DNA of 64,000 nucleotides, from contig NC_090413.1 of NCBI RefSeq assembly GCF_036365525.1, positions 28,906,262 through 28,970,261 of the forward strand, in the 5' to 3' direction. Source of the stretch: Heterodontus francisci (lineage: Eukaryota). Each line of letters opens with the position of its first letter. The stretch's first letter is position 1. Positions 36,301-51,300 of the stretch are shown here, one piece after another. The position numbers were made by a program, and so were the translations under genes. Under the pieces are notes generated by a model. It saw only the letters and a list, made by a program, of their open reading frames with translations, made no database searches and had not been told where the DNA came from.

Positions 36301-39300
36301 ACACGTTCACATGATTGCAATCTGTGGTCAGTAATGGACAATGTCCCCACACAGCCCCGTCCTGTGTTCTGCATTCTGATCAACCTCAGAGACAAAAATG
36401 CCACTGGAAAGCAGGATAAATGCGATGAGACCAATTCTGTTTTTTTCAGGACTAAGAGAAGGGTCAGTATGAGTTTCATTGGTCTCCATTTGAAATTGAA
36501 AAACCTCACTAACTATTTGTAACCAAAATGATGCAACTTACACAGGACGTGGAGGGTGTCAACCTGTTTTTTAACACGGCTTGTTGACGGATCTTGAAGT
36601 TTCAGTTCAGCCTCGCAGATGTACTGCTGTCCATCCAGCTTTGCTTCTGCATCCACAGTATAGTAGATACTGAGCCCAGTACTGCTTGATTCATTCACTA
36701 ATATGTCATTTCTGTTCTTCAGACTGAGTTGAAGTTCCCCTGAGACATTAAACACACTGCAGGTAATATTAACTGGGTTTCCTTCAGGGCTGATTGGTAC
36801 TTGGATTTCAGGGTCAGGAAAAACTGTAAAAATAATAGAGAAAAGTTGTTAGAAACACTCCCAAGCTTATCTTGCAGCTGCTCAGTGTGAAAATTCATCC
36901 TGGAGCCTTGATCTGTTGTGCTGTTTTATCATTGATCCATATTACATGCCTGTGCCACACAGACACATCCAGCTACTCCACTGACTAGGGGTAGGTAGGG
37001 AACTTTAATCACTTTCTATTGTTACAATCAGGTGTGGAGATGTCGAAAGGCTCCCCTCTTGTCCCTCTCCTTGTCTGACTGCAACTGTGTATATTCCCTT
37101 TTAAACTGTGGATGTGTTTCCCAATTCAGTGCGTATTTACCCTTTATGTGCTATGACCATAAAAGAACCAATCTGACAGGTTTTCTTGAACTTAAACAAG
37201 AAAGAGGTTAGGTTATTTTACTTAAGAATCTAAACCCAATCTAAGTGAAAATAATAAATTACACTCCAACTTTCACTCATTCACGCGCACACACACCCAG
37301 AAGAATCACACACACACAAATAGGTTATAGAGTCGAGAAGAGTTTCATTGGATTAGAATCCAGAACAAATAAAAATAATATACAGTCTGTGAGGTCTGGT
37401 AATTCAGTTGTCTTCCGGATGAATTCACGATTCTGAAGTCTCTGGTTGGTAGAAGTGCACTTGCAGCTTGTTTAGGGTTTTCTTGGAGACAGTGATGTAG
37501 GTGGCTTTCTCCCCCGGATTCTCTGTCTGCAGCAATGGTAGACCTCGTTGTTCGACAGTTGCAGACAGGTTTTGAAACTTGTAATGTTACCTGGAGAAAA
37601 AGAGAGCGAGAGATACCCACTGGGGTCTTGCACTGGTTAGCTCTCAAAGCCTGTCTGCTCCATGTAACAAAAAATTTTACGTTCACTCAGACTGGGGAGA
37701 CTGTCACATGGTTCCCTCAGTATTCATTTTTTTCTTTAATGAGGTCTGAAGTCTGAGAATCCCAAATCTCTGAGTTTGTATTGGTTCAATGTTTACCCCC
37801 GGAGGTACATCTCCATTGGTGACTGCTCCAAAGTGGCTTTGGACGTCCTGCTAACAAGGATTATACTGGATAATTTACTCAACTGTCCAAGCCATTGTTC
37901 TGGATGGGAGCTTTTCACACGTGTGTCTCCACTTCAATGTCCTGGAATGTGAGGTATTTCAATCCAAATTGTGGTGGCCAACTTAGCTGCCGTTATTTAA
38001 ATGTTAAATGTAGGATTCTTGCTTTCCTTTTTCAATGTTTAATGCAGGTTTCCAAATGATAAATTAAAAGTCCTCATTCAGCATAGCATGTTTTCTTGAC
38101 ACAATGACCATCTGATATGTGATTTTGTTAGTGGAACAGGTTTAAAAAATCTGAGATCATACTCTATCCTCAGCAGATATATTCACTCCTCATCACTGAA
38201 CACAACTCATTTATCTCATTACATAATTATTTCTTTGTCAAGATGAGACATATTATTGTGTTTACAGTCCAAACTGTTATGATCAGGTGAGGAGGGTTCG
38301 CAAGGGTCCCTTCTTGTCCCTCTCCTTCTTTGACCGCAACAGCGTTTATTTCTTTTTAAACAGTGGATGTGCTTAGCACTTCAGTGAGTGCTTAACCTTT
38401 TACCTTTGTTGTGATCAGAAAAGAACCAGACAGGTTTTCTGGAGTTTAAACAAGAAAGAGGTGAGTTTATTGTACTTAAGCAAAAATCCTGATTTAGATA
38501 AAATAATAAACTACGCTGCACTTTCACTCACACGCACGCACACACACAGGAGAATCACACAGACAAATAGATTACAGCGTGGAGAGGAATAGTTTGGTTT
38601 AGAGTCCAGAACAAATAAAATTCATATACAGTCTGTGATGTCTGTTAATTGAGTTGTCTTCCAGCTGAATCTGGAATCTAGATGTTCTTGGAGACAGTGG
38701 AGCAGGTGGTCTTCTTCCTGGGGGTCTTTGTCTTGGATCTTTCCCAGCCAGCAGGCAAGCTTCAAATGCCCAAGGTCACCTCGAGAGAGAGAAGGAGGGA
38801 GAGAGGCACCCCCTATGGACCCTGCACACATCAAAATCTCATGAGCTTGTCCTTTTGCAAAAGAGTGCTGGTTTTTTACAGCAGGGGAGGCAGTCACATG
38901 ATTGTGCACTGTCCTCGTTAGCAATTTAATTAGATTTAAGTCTAGCAATTTTCAATCTCTCTGGTCTCATTGTTTCAATGTTTACCCCCTGGAGGTACGT
39001 CTCCATTCATGAATGCTTCAAGATAGCTTTGAAAGTCCTGCTAATGAGGGTAATACTGGATGATCTACTTGACTATTCAAGCCATTGTCCTGGATGGGAG
39101 TCTTGTTAGACATGCGCCTCCAGTTCGATGTCCTGGACTTTGAGGTATTTCAATGCAAATTTTAGTGGCCAACTTGGCTGCCAATTTTTTTTAAAAGTTC
39201 AATGTCGGATTCCAGTTTTCCTTTTTAAAAGTTCAATGTCGGTTTCCAACCGATTAATTACAAAGTCCTCATTCAACACAGCATGTTTTCTTGACAACAC

Positions 39301-42300
39301 TATTCAGTCACTTGTTTCATACACCTTTATGATCCTGGAATATCAAGTGTCAGTAATATTCCCTTATAATCAGGAAATATCGGGTGCCTCTAACACTTTC
39401 TCATGATCTTGGAATACCAAGTGTCACTAAGACATCTTAAGCTGCTTCTCTTTGAGTATCTGTGAATATGCAAATATTTCAAAACTTCCTAACTTGTCAC
39501 TCAACGGAAGGGATTTTATTGTTTAAAGTAAACCTGACATGCTGCAATTTTGACTATCTTGAACTATCAGAACGCTATCTAATCATAATGCCTCCACAAC
39601 CAGAATCCTTACCAAACACCTCAATGAAGACGCTATCATTCTTTGGTGGAACTGATGGATACTCCTCAAAATCTGCTGTACAGCCGACTTCCATCAGACC
39701 AGCCACCTGTGGTTTCCATGTCGTTGTTGTTCGGACAGTATTAGAATTTGGCCTTGTTGTAACTGAATTCAGTTCTTTACCATCCTGAAACCACCTGACT
39801 CTCATCTTCTCAGCAGGATAGACATTTGGGACCTCACATGTTAACGTGGCCTCTTGCTTCACTTCTATGGGCCTCTTGTCAAGGATTCGAGGTGGATCCA
39901 GAAAAGCTGCAACACAGACAAGGAATTCACTTCACTTTGATTTGCTGTGCTGTGATTCAGTTGCTATTGGACAGAGTGGAAAACTGACCAGTACTGGTAT
40001 TCCCCAATACACACATCCCAGGAGTCTATCACACTGTTCACTGAGAGAAAACTGGAGCCATCATCAGGAGATCACATACTTTATTTTTTAAATTAATTCT
40101 TCCTACTCTTCAGGCAGCCCTAGTATCTAAATCTGCTACTTTTGTGCCAGCCACTATGAGTGGTACAGTCTGATGCATTCACTGACTAACCTTTATTGTG
40201 ATCTTTACTTGTATCTGCCCACAACATCCCAGTTGAGGCTCAGACCTCAGTGTGGGTGATTCTGGGTGTAAATCTTTCAAGCTTTTTTGCTGCTCCTGCA
40301 TGGAGAGATTGACTGATCTGCTCCTTGACCATCACCTCTACTGACCACTATGAGGTGTGCAAAGCTGTCACATGAGTTTCCTTCAGACATCCCTGTCACT
40401 ATTAGGAAGCGTCTGGCTGCCATCTGGCAAAAGCAGGAGAGTGATAATATCAACATGTGGGCCATCCTGGAGATAAACATACTTTGCACCAATTTGTTTG
40501 TTGCAGAAGAGTAATCAAGCACAGGGAAAAGCCATTTGGCCCAGAAAGCTCATTTTACTAATGGCTTATCTCTGCGAGCCTAGTATTCTAGCATTGCCTG
40601 AAAGATTGTTGAGTAAAAGATACCTACTATGATCTTCTTAATCTAAAATAAAATTAGGTTTGGCTTATCTATAGCATTTAATATTTTATGAGGGTGTCCT
40701 TTAGCCTTTCTCTCTACATACGTTAATTGGCCATTATAAATTGCCCCTAGTATAGGTAGAATGTAGGGATAGGTGGGGATGTGGTAGGAATATGGAATTA
40801 GTGTAGGATTAGTATAAATGGGTGGTTGATGGTCGGCACAGACTCGGTGGGCCAAAGGGCCTGTTTCAGTGCTGTATCTCTAAACTAAACTAAACTGCAG
40901 AGCTCATCTTGACACCAGGAATCAGACAGGGGCCTTGGATGATATTTTAGCGTAAAGTTACTAAGATCTTAGGTTGGGCCTGTACTCTCTGGAATTTAGA
41001 AGAATGCGAGGTGATTTCATTTGAGACATACAAGATTCGCAGGGTGTGGTTTGACAGGGTAGATTCTGAGAGCTTGTTTCTTCTGGCTGGAGAGTCCAGA
41101 AATAGTGGCCATAGGATAAGGGATCAATCACTTCAGACTGAAATAAGGAGGAATTTCTTCACTCGAAGGGTTGTGAATTTTCCGGATTCTCTACCCCAGA
41201 TGGCTTTGATGCTCAGTCATTCAGTGTATTCAAGGCAGAGATAGAAAGATTTTTGGGCCATTGTTTCACCACCATGGCGGAACTCCCAACGTTGGGACTC
41301 AATGCGGGTTCCAGACCTGCGTAGGTGGTCAGCGAGACTGTGACGGCAATTTTACAGGCAGCGGCCAATTAAGAGGCTGTCACCTTGATCGTATTGAATG
41401 GCAGGACAGGCTCAAGGGGCCGTATGGCCTACTCCTGCTCCTATTCCATATGTTCTTATGTCTTGCAAATACTTTGTTAACCCATTCAAACTAAGCTTTG
41501 TGCATGGCCTTGCTGGTTAAAGGATTTGCAGTAATTTACTGAAACACTTTCGACAAATGAGAAAACTGCATATTTGAAGTGGGTCCAAGATGAACAATTC
41601 TTATCCAACACATTTTGTGTTATGGATAAAACAGGAGCTAAATCAGAAGATTCCCTAAATTGCTTCCCATTGTTTATTCTCTACAAATTATGGATAATTA
41701 ACCCATTCTTAAAAAGAGAACATTTCTTGTTCAAGTGGAACTTACAGTAAGTTTGCAGAGTCACAGAGGAGTTTGTGATTGGTTTTGTGGTGTTTGAGCC
41801 CAAGTCCACCTCTGCCAAGCAGGTGTACTCCTGTCCATCACCTGACATACTTGCAGTGAAATTGAAGATGTTCCTCAATCTTTTATCGTCATCCGGGAAA
41901 CCTTCTTCTCCTGTGAAATTCCTCTGAACAATCTCACTCCCTCTCAGCCATGTGAGTTTGAGTTTATTGTTTGGATAGACCCTCGGACCAATACACTCCA
42001 GACTATATGTCTTGTTAACTTCCAGCACTTCAGGAGGTGATGTAATGTTTAACTCTCGATCTGTTAAAAGAAGTTAACAGGAATCATTGAAACAATATGT
42101 ATCTGAACACAACCAGTTTACTCCTCTTTCCCCTCAACATATGTACATTTCACTCAGCAAGTAAAATCATCCATGTGTGCAGTAAAAGTTATCCCAAAAA
42201 AATGCCTGTGGTCCAATGAGCCCCATACATTTTTTGTTCAGCGATTCTCTTCAATCAACACTAAACCAGCAGCATTTTTCTAGGATTCCGATTAAAAGCA

Positions 42301-45300
42301 CAGATATTAGCACTGATAGTTTAATATTTTAGTCATTGCCATCAGAGAACAGAATGATACAGCAGTTTCTGTGCTGTAAAACTCTATGACTCTATGAGAA
42401 GGAGGCTATTCTGCCCATCCTGCCTGTGCTGGTCCTCTGTACAACCATCCAATCAATTCCACACCCCTCCTCTGTCCCCTTAAAACTCTTCCCCTCAAGC
42501 ATCTATCCAATTCTCCTTTGCAAGCCACCATTGAATCTTGGTTGCGGAATATTCTAGTTGAGTTTTCCAGTTCAGGTGTTTACCATGAACCTCAATATAG
42601 GCCTTCGACCAGTAAAATACAGGATTCACTGTGGCAACTCACCAAGGCTTCTTAAACAGTGCCACGACCTCTACCACCGGGAAGGACGAGGGCAGTAGGT
42701 GCATGGGAACACCACCACCTGCAAGTTCCCCTCCAAGTCGCACACCATCCTGACTTGGAACTATATCACCGCTCCTTCGTAATTGCTGGAACTGTCAAAA
42801 TGCTGGCCCTCCCTCCCTAACAGCAATGTGGGAGTGCCTCCACCACACAAAATACAATGATTCAAGAAGGCGACTCAGCACCACCACCTCCTTTTCAGTT
42901 AAGATTCCTCCACCACCCCCATCCCCACCCACCCAGTGTGAATTATTTTAATGTAAGGTAACTGCCCCTCAATGTTGATCACCGAAACAGTTGGCAATAG
43001 CTGGAAATGGGATCCCAAACAGGGCACAGCTTTGACTACAGTCAAACCGAAGTGACTGTGTTTGGATTTGCAAAAGCAGAAATTCTTGAATGTAAATATG
43101 TTTTTCCGATGGAATTGCTTCTATAAATTGCATTCCAACATTCAGATTGCCAAGTAATTTTACAGCGCTCGTGGCCATACGTATAACCCACTAATTCAAC
43201 AGCAACCTGGTTTTCATTATATTCCACCCATTTTCTGTTATTTTCCCACAATATTTCTTCCTGTCCTATGTCACCTTCTCCTGAGATCCCCAACATCACA
43301 TATGCTAGTTTTCAGCCATTTCGATTCAATCCATATGATATTAAGAAATGGCTGAAGGCACTGGATACTGCAAAGGCTATGGGTCCTGACAACATTCCGG
43401 CTGTAGTACTGAAGACTTGTGCTGCAAAACGAGCAGTGACCCAGCCAAAGTGTTCCAGCACTGCTACAACATTGGCAGCTACGCAACAATGTGGAAAATT
43501 GCCCAGGTATTGTCCACAGAAATCAGGACAAATCCAATCCAGGCAATTACTGCCCCATCAGTCTACTCTCAATCATCAGTAAAGTGATACAAGCTGTATT
43601 CGACAATGCTAGAGAGTGGCACTTACTCACCAATAACCTGCTCAGTTTGGGTTCTGCCGGGACTGTTCATCTCCAAACCTCATTATAACCTTTATCCAAA
43701 CGTGGGCAAAACAGCCAAATTCTAGAGGTGAGTTGAGAGTGACTGCTCTTGACATCAAGGCAGCATTTGATCATGTTTGCCATTAAGGAGCCCTCTTAAT
43801 ATTGAAGTTAATGGGAATTGGGGGAATATTCTCCACTAGCTGGAGTCATACCTTACATACGAATTAGGAGCAGGAGTAGGCCACTCGGCCCGTCGAGCCT
43901 GCTCCAGTATTGAACAAGATCACGCTGACCTGATTGCAGAAAGGAAGATGGTTGTGGTTGTTGGAGACCAATTATCTCAGCCCCAGGACATCACTGCAGG
44001 AATTAAAAGCTAGTCTAATGCCGTCCTTACCTGGTCTGGCCTACATGTGATTCCAGACCCACAGCAATGTGTTTGACTCTTAAAATGCCCTCTGAAATGG
44101 CCTAGCAAGCCACTCAGTTCAAGGGCAATTAGGGATGGGCAATAAATGCTGGCTTAGCCAGTGACACCCACATCCCACAAACGAATAAAAAAAAGCCATA
44201 CCGTTCAACAAACTCTTTAAACTCTGTGGAGGTGAATTAAGTTCCATTATCATCTATCACCCTTTCCAGAATCCCTTGTTCAACAAACAGGACTCGTACT
44301 ACTGTGGTGATTGTTGTAGTTCTCAAATCTTTTACCTCGCTGATTTATGAATAGTAATCTCCTACTATAAGGTACCATTCTTAGTTGTGCGTGAATAAGT
44401 CAGCTCCCAGTATACCATGTTCTGGGAAGTATCCCCCTAGCCATCATCTCTTTTTTGAGCTGGGTATTTCTATACATCTGGCACACATGCATGTAGATAC
44501 CATTTTTCAATGTCCTTGTAGATGCCTATCTGACTCTAAGCTTACACTTCTCCATTCCCATGCGGCCTTCATGTGTCTTCTGGAGAAGTTCTCTCTGCAT
44601 TGTTTTGGGTAGAATGATTCTGGATCCGGCCATCTGAACACTGTCTTCTAGTGAGATGTCATCTCTGATTAACCAATACTGCTGTATTCCTGGATGTGTT
44701 TGATGCATCTTATCTGGCCATCCCTGAATAACTTGCTCAGAAAGCATCTTAACTCTTCATCTTTACTGGTCTCATCTCTGTTTGACTCACTTTTGGTGAT
44801 GTCACATTCACTAGGTGTGATGTATCTTTATACCTAGATCTTTTACCTCGTGTTTCTCATGTGGCAACAGACGAGATAGATATTTATCAGCACCATTTAT
44901 CTTTCTGGCTTGTATTTCAGAATGAAATCATAACTCAGAAGCCTCGAGAACACCTTTGTAGTCTTGCTGATACTCCCACACAGACTTTTCTTGCAGATAC
45001 GTTTTAGTGGACGATGATCACTCCCCACTATGAATCTTTTCTCGTAGAGTTTTGTATGAAATTTCTTGCATCTTCAGACCACTGCCAAAAGCTCTCTTTC
45101 TATGTTAACATATCTGATCTCAGCTGATGTTAGAGCTTTGGATGCTATCAGCTTTCCTTCTTGTACTAGGGCTGCTCCCAGTCCTTTTGTAGAAGCATCT
45201 AGTTGCAGAGTGATGGGTTTGCTGTGGTGTCGTGTGACCAACTTGTCTCCTCGGATATTACTCCGTTGCGTTTACTGAAACTCCTCTCATGTGACTCTGA

Positions 45301-48300
45301 CTATTGGTACTCAACATCTTTCATCAGCTCTTGTCGGTTTGCTGTGTGCTCTGGCATGTGAGGGATGAAAGAGTTTATGTACTGGACCAAGCCAAGCAAA
45401 CTCCTCAGCTCTCTCTTGCCTCGGAGCTTCCATCTCAGAGATAGTTGTGATAAAAACAAGAAATGCTGGAATCACTCAGCAGGTCTGGCAGCATCTGTGG
45501 AAAGAGAAGCAGAGTTAACGTTTCGGGTCAGTGACCCTTCTTCGGAACTGACAAATATTAAAAATGTCACAGGTTATAAGCAAGTGAGGTGGGGGTGGGG
45601 CAAGAGATAACAAAGGAGAAGGTGTAGATTGGACAAGGCCAAATAGCTGACCAAAAGGTCATGGAACAAAGGCAATGTGTTAATGGTGTGTTGAAAGACA
45701 AAGCATCAGTATAGAATAGGTGTTAACGGACTGAATATTGAACAGCAGCAAGTGCAAACATGAAAAGAACAGGAGGTAAGCAAACTGAACAAACTAAGAT
45801 GAAATGAAGTAAATGCAAAAAAAAGGTTGTAAAAAATGTAAAAAAGAAAAAACTAAAAATGAAAGTAAAATGGGGGGCTGTCATGCTCTGAAATTATTGA
45901 ACTCAATGTTCAGTCCGGCAGGCTGTAGTGTGCCTAATCGGTAGATGAGATGCTGTTCCTCGAGCTTGCGTTGATGTTCACTGGAACACTGCAGCAATCC
46001 CAGGACAGAGATGTGAGCATGAGAGCAGGGGGGAGTGTTGAAATGGCAAGCAACCGGAAGCTCAGGGTCCTACTTGCGGACCGAGCGGAGGTGTTCCGCA
46101 AAGCGGTCACCCAGTCTGCACTTGGTCTCCCCAATGTAGAGGAGACCACATTGTGAGCAGCGAATACAGTATACTACATTGAAAGAAGTACAAGTAAATC
46201 GCTGCTTCACCTGAAAGGAGTGTTTGGGGCCTGGGATAGTGAGGAGAGAGGAGGTAAATGGGCAGGTAATACACCTCCTCAGTTCGTTAACATCCTATCT
46301 GTACTAATGCTTTGTCTTTCAACACACCATTAACATATTGTTTGCCTTTGTTCCATGACCTTTTGGTCAGCTATGTGGCCTTGTCCAATCTACACCTTCT
46401 CCTTTGTTATCTCTTGCCCCACCCCCACCTCACTTGTTTATAACCTGTGACATTTTTAATATTTGTCAGTTCCGAAGGAGGGTCACTGACCCGAAACGTT
46501 AACTCTGCTTCTCTTTCCACAGATGCTGCAGGACCTGCTGAGTGGTTCCAGCATTTCTGGTTTTTATTTCAGATTTCCAGCATCCGCAGAATTTTGCTTT
46601 TATATCAGAGATAGTTGTGACTTTTTCAGGACTCAGCTTGACTCCATCAGGTGTGTACACCATTCCAAAGAACTGGCATTCTGTCACCTTTACAATGCAT
46701 TTGTTTGCTTGATCCCAGCTTTTCTGGTTCTCTCCATGGCTTCATGTAGGTGGTAGTTATGGTCTTTCTCATCTACACCATCAACCGGGGTATCATCAGG
46801 TATGCCGATTGCTCCTTTGCATCTCCTGTGTGTCTCATCTATTTTCTTCTGGATCACATCCTGGCTCACTTTAAGGCCAAAAGGTAGATGCAGGAATTTG
46901 TACCGCCCAAAGAGTGTGTTGAATGTTGTCTGGCTCCCAACGATCTTAATCAAGCAATTTAGAGGAATCACTACTCTACTCCAACACCGGAAGAGATCAT
47001 GCTCCATCGTTGAATACATTTAAGGCTGGAATAGATATGCTTTTGGCTTCTCTCTCACTATGATGGAATTTACCCAATCTGTCGGCTCTGTGACTCTGCC
47101 AATCACTTTATTTTCTTCCATCTCTGATATTCTCTTTCGAGCTTTCCTTTTAGCTCTATTGGTAATTTACGTGAGGGTGAATCACTGATTTCATCTCTGG
47201 GTCAACTCCACTTTCCTGCTTGCTACCCATACCCTTGATTCCCTGCGAGACCAAAAGCCTACCTATTCCAGCCTTAAATGTATTCAACGATGGAGCATCC
47301 ACAACCCTCTGGGGTAGGGAATTCCAAAGGTTCACAACCCTTTGAGTGCAGTAATTTCTCCTCATCTCAGTCCTGAATGATTGGCCCCTTATCCTGACAC
47401 GGTGTCCCCACATTCTAGATTCCCTGACCAGCAGAAACAATCTCTCAGCTTCTACCTCATCAAGCCCTGTCAGATTCTTGTATGTCTCAATGAGATCGCC
47501 TCTCATTCTTCTAAACCCCAGAGAATATTGGCCCAGTTTACTCAGCCTGTCATCATAGGACAACCCCCTCATCCCAGGGACCAAGTTAGTAAATCTTCAC
47601 TGCACTGCCTCCAGTGTAAGTATATCCTTTCTTAAATGTGGAGACCAAATCTGCACACTGTATTCTAGGAGCGGTCTCAAAGCCCTGTACAATTTTAGTA
47701 AGACATCCTTCTTCCTGTACTCCAATCCCCTTGCAATAAAGGCCAACATGCATTTGCCTTCCAAATAGCCTGCTGCACCTGCATGTTAACTTTGTGTGTT
47801 CCTTGTACGAGTACGCCCAAGTCTCTCTGAACATCAACACTTACCAATTTCACACCTTTTAAAATAATATTCTGCTTTTCTATTTTTATGACCAATGTGT
47901 AAAACTTCACACTTCCCTACATTATACTCTATTTGCCATCTTGTTGCCCACTCACTTAACCTGTCTATGTACTGAAGATATGTGCTGAATTTCTCAAAAA
48001 TCTTGTCCCAGTTTTTACTACCATTCTCATTCATTTCCCAGCTATTGAAGAGATCTTATCCTTTCTCCCCTGTCCACAGAAGGCTGTAGCTGACCTTTTC
48101 CTCTTTCTGGGGCGTTTCAGAAAACGACTGAATGTCAATTTGCACTTTTACTTAAACTTTTCGAATGCTTCCACAACGTCATTGGCTCCCATTTCAACAC
48201 AGGCTGGAACTGTGTGTTCATTGCTGTGGCAGCGGCTGACTTGTTTTACACACGATTTACACTTTTGTTTTCTGGTACTACCCATTTCCCACCAGTGCAG

Positions 48301-51300
48301 GTCAGTACCTCACCTAATACACTGCAGTACTATTCATAGTCTAAAATATTTCACACTGCCTTCCACCCTACTTAAGATTCTGCAATCAACTGTTAGAACA
48401 AGAGTTTTCACTTACTGTATACTGTGACCACCTTTTTCTCCTCCTTCAGCTGACGACCGTCTGATTTACAGATTACACTGCATGGTGCTGCAAAATCCCA
48501 TTTCTGCACACTCGGGAAATAATCTGTGGACCAGTTAGTGCCATTTCTTCTGTTTGGATGTATCCCTGATTTATATTCCACTGTCATTATCGGTTCTGCA
48601 CATGTTGTACTGCAGTTCACCTCTAAAGAATCTCCAAATTCCACAGCTGAGGGGTTTGTGTCAATCCAAACCTCAAATCCAGTTACACTTGCTGTCAGGG
48701 AAAAAACTCACAGTAAACATGGGATATGGAATCCATTCAATATAGGACCTGTTAAGAGTAACTCCCTGAAATAATAGCACATTTCTAATTAACCCAACAG
48801 GCAGGTTGCTTTTTGAAAGCAAGACACATATTCTGTGCAATTCATAGAACCATAGAAATTTACAGTACAGATGGAGGCCATTCAGCCCATCGAGTCCATG
48901 CCAAGCGAAAAAGAGCTATCCTGCTTAATCCCACATTCCTGCTCTTGGTCTGCAGCCCTGTAGATTACAGCACTTCAATTGCATCTGTGATGAGGGGTTT
49001 TGCCTCTACCACCCTATTGGGCAGAGATTTCCAATCCCCCCACATCCTCTGGCGAAATGATTTCTCCTCAACTCCTCTCTAAACCTGCTACCAATCACTT
49101 TAAATCTATCCCCCTGATAATTGTTTCTCTGCTCAGTGAAATAGGCCCTTCCTATCCACTCTATCTAGGCCCCTCATGATTTTACACATCTCAATTAAAT
49201 TCCCCCTCAGCCTCCTCTGTTCCAATGAAAACAACCCCAACCTACCCAATCTTTGCTCATAGCTAAAATTCTCCAGTCCTGGCAACATCTTTGCAAACCT
49301 CCTCTATACACTCTCAAGTGCGATCACATCCTTCCTGTAATGCGGTGACTAGAACTGTACTCAGTATTCTAGCTGTGGCCTAACTAGTGTTTTATACAGT
49401 TCTCGCATCACCTCCCAGCTCTTATAATTTATGCCTCGGCTAATAAAGGAAAGTATTCTGTATACCTTCTGAACAAACTTACCTACCTGTCCTACTACCT
49501 TCAGGGATTTGTGGGCATGCACTCCAAGGTCCCTCTGTCCCTTTACATTTCACCGTATCCTACCGTTTATTGTGTATTCCCTTGCCTTGTTTACCCTCCC
49601 CAAATGCATTATCTCACACTTCTCTGGATTGAATTCCATTTGTCACTTTTCTGCCCACCTGTCCATTGATATCTTCCTGCAGTTTACAGCTTGCTTCCGC
49701 ACTATCAACCACACAGCCAGGTTTTCCATCATCTGCACACATCTTACTCATACCCCCTATATTTAAGTCTAAATTATTTATATGTAGCATGAAAAGCAAG
49801 AGACCTCATACTGAGCCCTTCAGAACCCCACAGGAAACAGCTCTCCAGTCACAAAAACACCTTTCAACCATGATCCTTTGCTTCCTGCTACTGAGACAAT
49901 TTTGGATCCAATTTGCAACTTTCCCTTTGATCCCATGGGCTTTTACTTTTCTGACCAGTCTGCCTTATGAGACATCGTCGAAAGCCTTGTTAAAATCCAT
50001 CCAAACTACGTCAAATGCCCTGATCAACCCTCCTTATTATCTCCACAAAAAATTCAATCAAGTTAGTCAGACTCTACCTTCCCTTAATAAATCCAAGCTG
50101 ACTATCTTTAATTAATCTGTGCCTTCCTAAATGATGATTTATACGATCTCTCAGAATTTTTACCGCTAATTAGTCCACCTACGAGTTTAGGCTGACTGGC
50201 CATTTAGTTGCCCTCACTGCACCCCTTGCTGTTACTGCATCAATATGATATATCAGCCTATTTTTTGATCTCAAATATTGGCTTCTCTTGTTCACCTTAA
50301 TCAAAGTGCTCTGAAAGGGGTAGATCTTACCGACAACCTGCACTGAACTGTTGTTTGAGGAGGTGACATCCCAGATTAGTGGAAGAAACTAGTTGACATA
50401 GAATCAGAGAATAAGGAAATTGTTTCTATAGGCACTCACTGAGCATCCAACAAGCACTGTTCCTCAGATGTGATGCTCACAGGAGGGGACAGCTGCTTTA
50501 TTCTATCTTAGACCAATTGAAATAACCCTTAGTAACTCCAGACTGAGGCCTGCCCTCTAAGTGGACCATGCACCTAAATGTTGGGCAGGAAATCCCGGAG
50601 CATCTGTCAGCCTCAGCCTTGAAAAGCCACAGCCAGAAGGCTTTGAATGCTTTAAATCATCCTGCGGTTAGGGAGGAAGTGGTGAAAAATTGAAACACAA
50701 AACTGCCTGGATTAACTTTCACCTGCCCTTGGACCTCCACAGAACTCCGGTGCACCTGGCTTAATCATTGCATCAGCTTTGATCAAGCACCCCAAAGCTT
50801 GAGAACTCAACAGTTGTAAAAATAAGAGAAAGAATTTAGAGGCTGGGCATGTCCACTTTCACATTATTGAAAAGGTTATACTGGGTCCAAGCCTGCTACA
50901 GCCACAGATCCAGTTGAATCCAGTGCGGAAATCACAGGGCAATGGGAGCAAAATTCGCGTCCATTGTTCTGGAGAATGTCAGTTTCCTGATGTGGGAAGA
51001 GGAAATCACCACCGCACCCACCCCACCCACCCCAAGCAGAATATGATCAGCCACCAACTTTTCTGGACCTCGAGGAGGTTGCACTTTAAAAGCACTAGAT
51101 CTGGTGAAGAAAATGCAGGTATAGCCACCCAAAGAAGCACAGTGGTAGGAAAAAGTAGGACGACTTGTGTGCATTATATACATTGTTGTAGCAGAACAGA
51201 AATGTGCGCTTCTGTTGCGGTTTGCTATTTCTAGAGGTTAGTGTGATGCAGGAAAGGTGATTTTAGTGAAATGGAAAGAGGGCATTTTTAATAAAAGGTG

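Noticed and set aside
39321-39430. CRISPR-like or functional repeat array
   Set aside because: Three degenerate tandem units with no spacers, in a vertebrate intron. An ordinary minisatellite.
48416-48691. Assigning the symbol ICAM2 (or ICAM1/ICAM5/VCAM1)
   Set aside because: The local SLEVNCSTTC match is suggestive, but domain number and the other domains differ. Orthology needs phylogeny and synteny.
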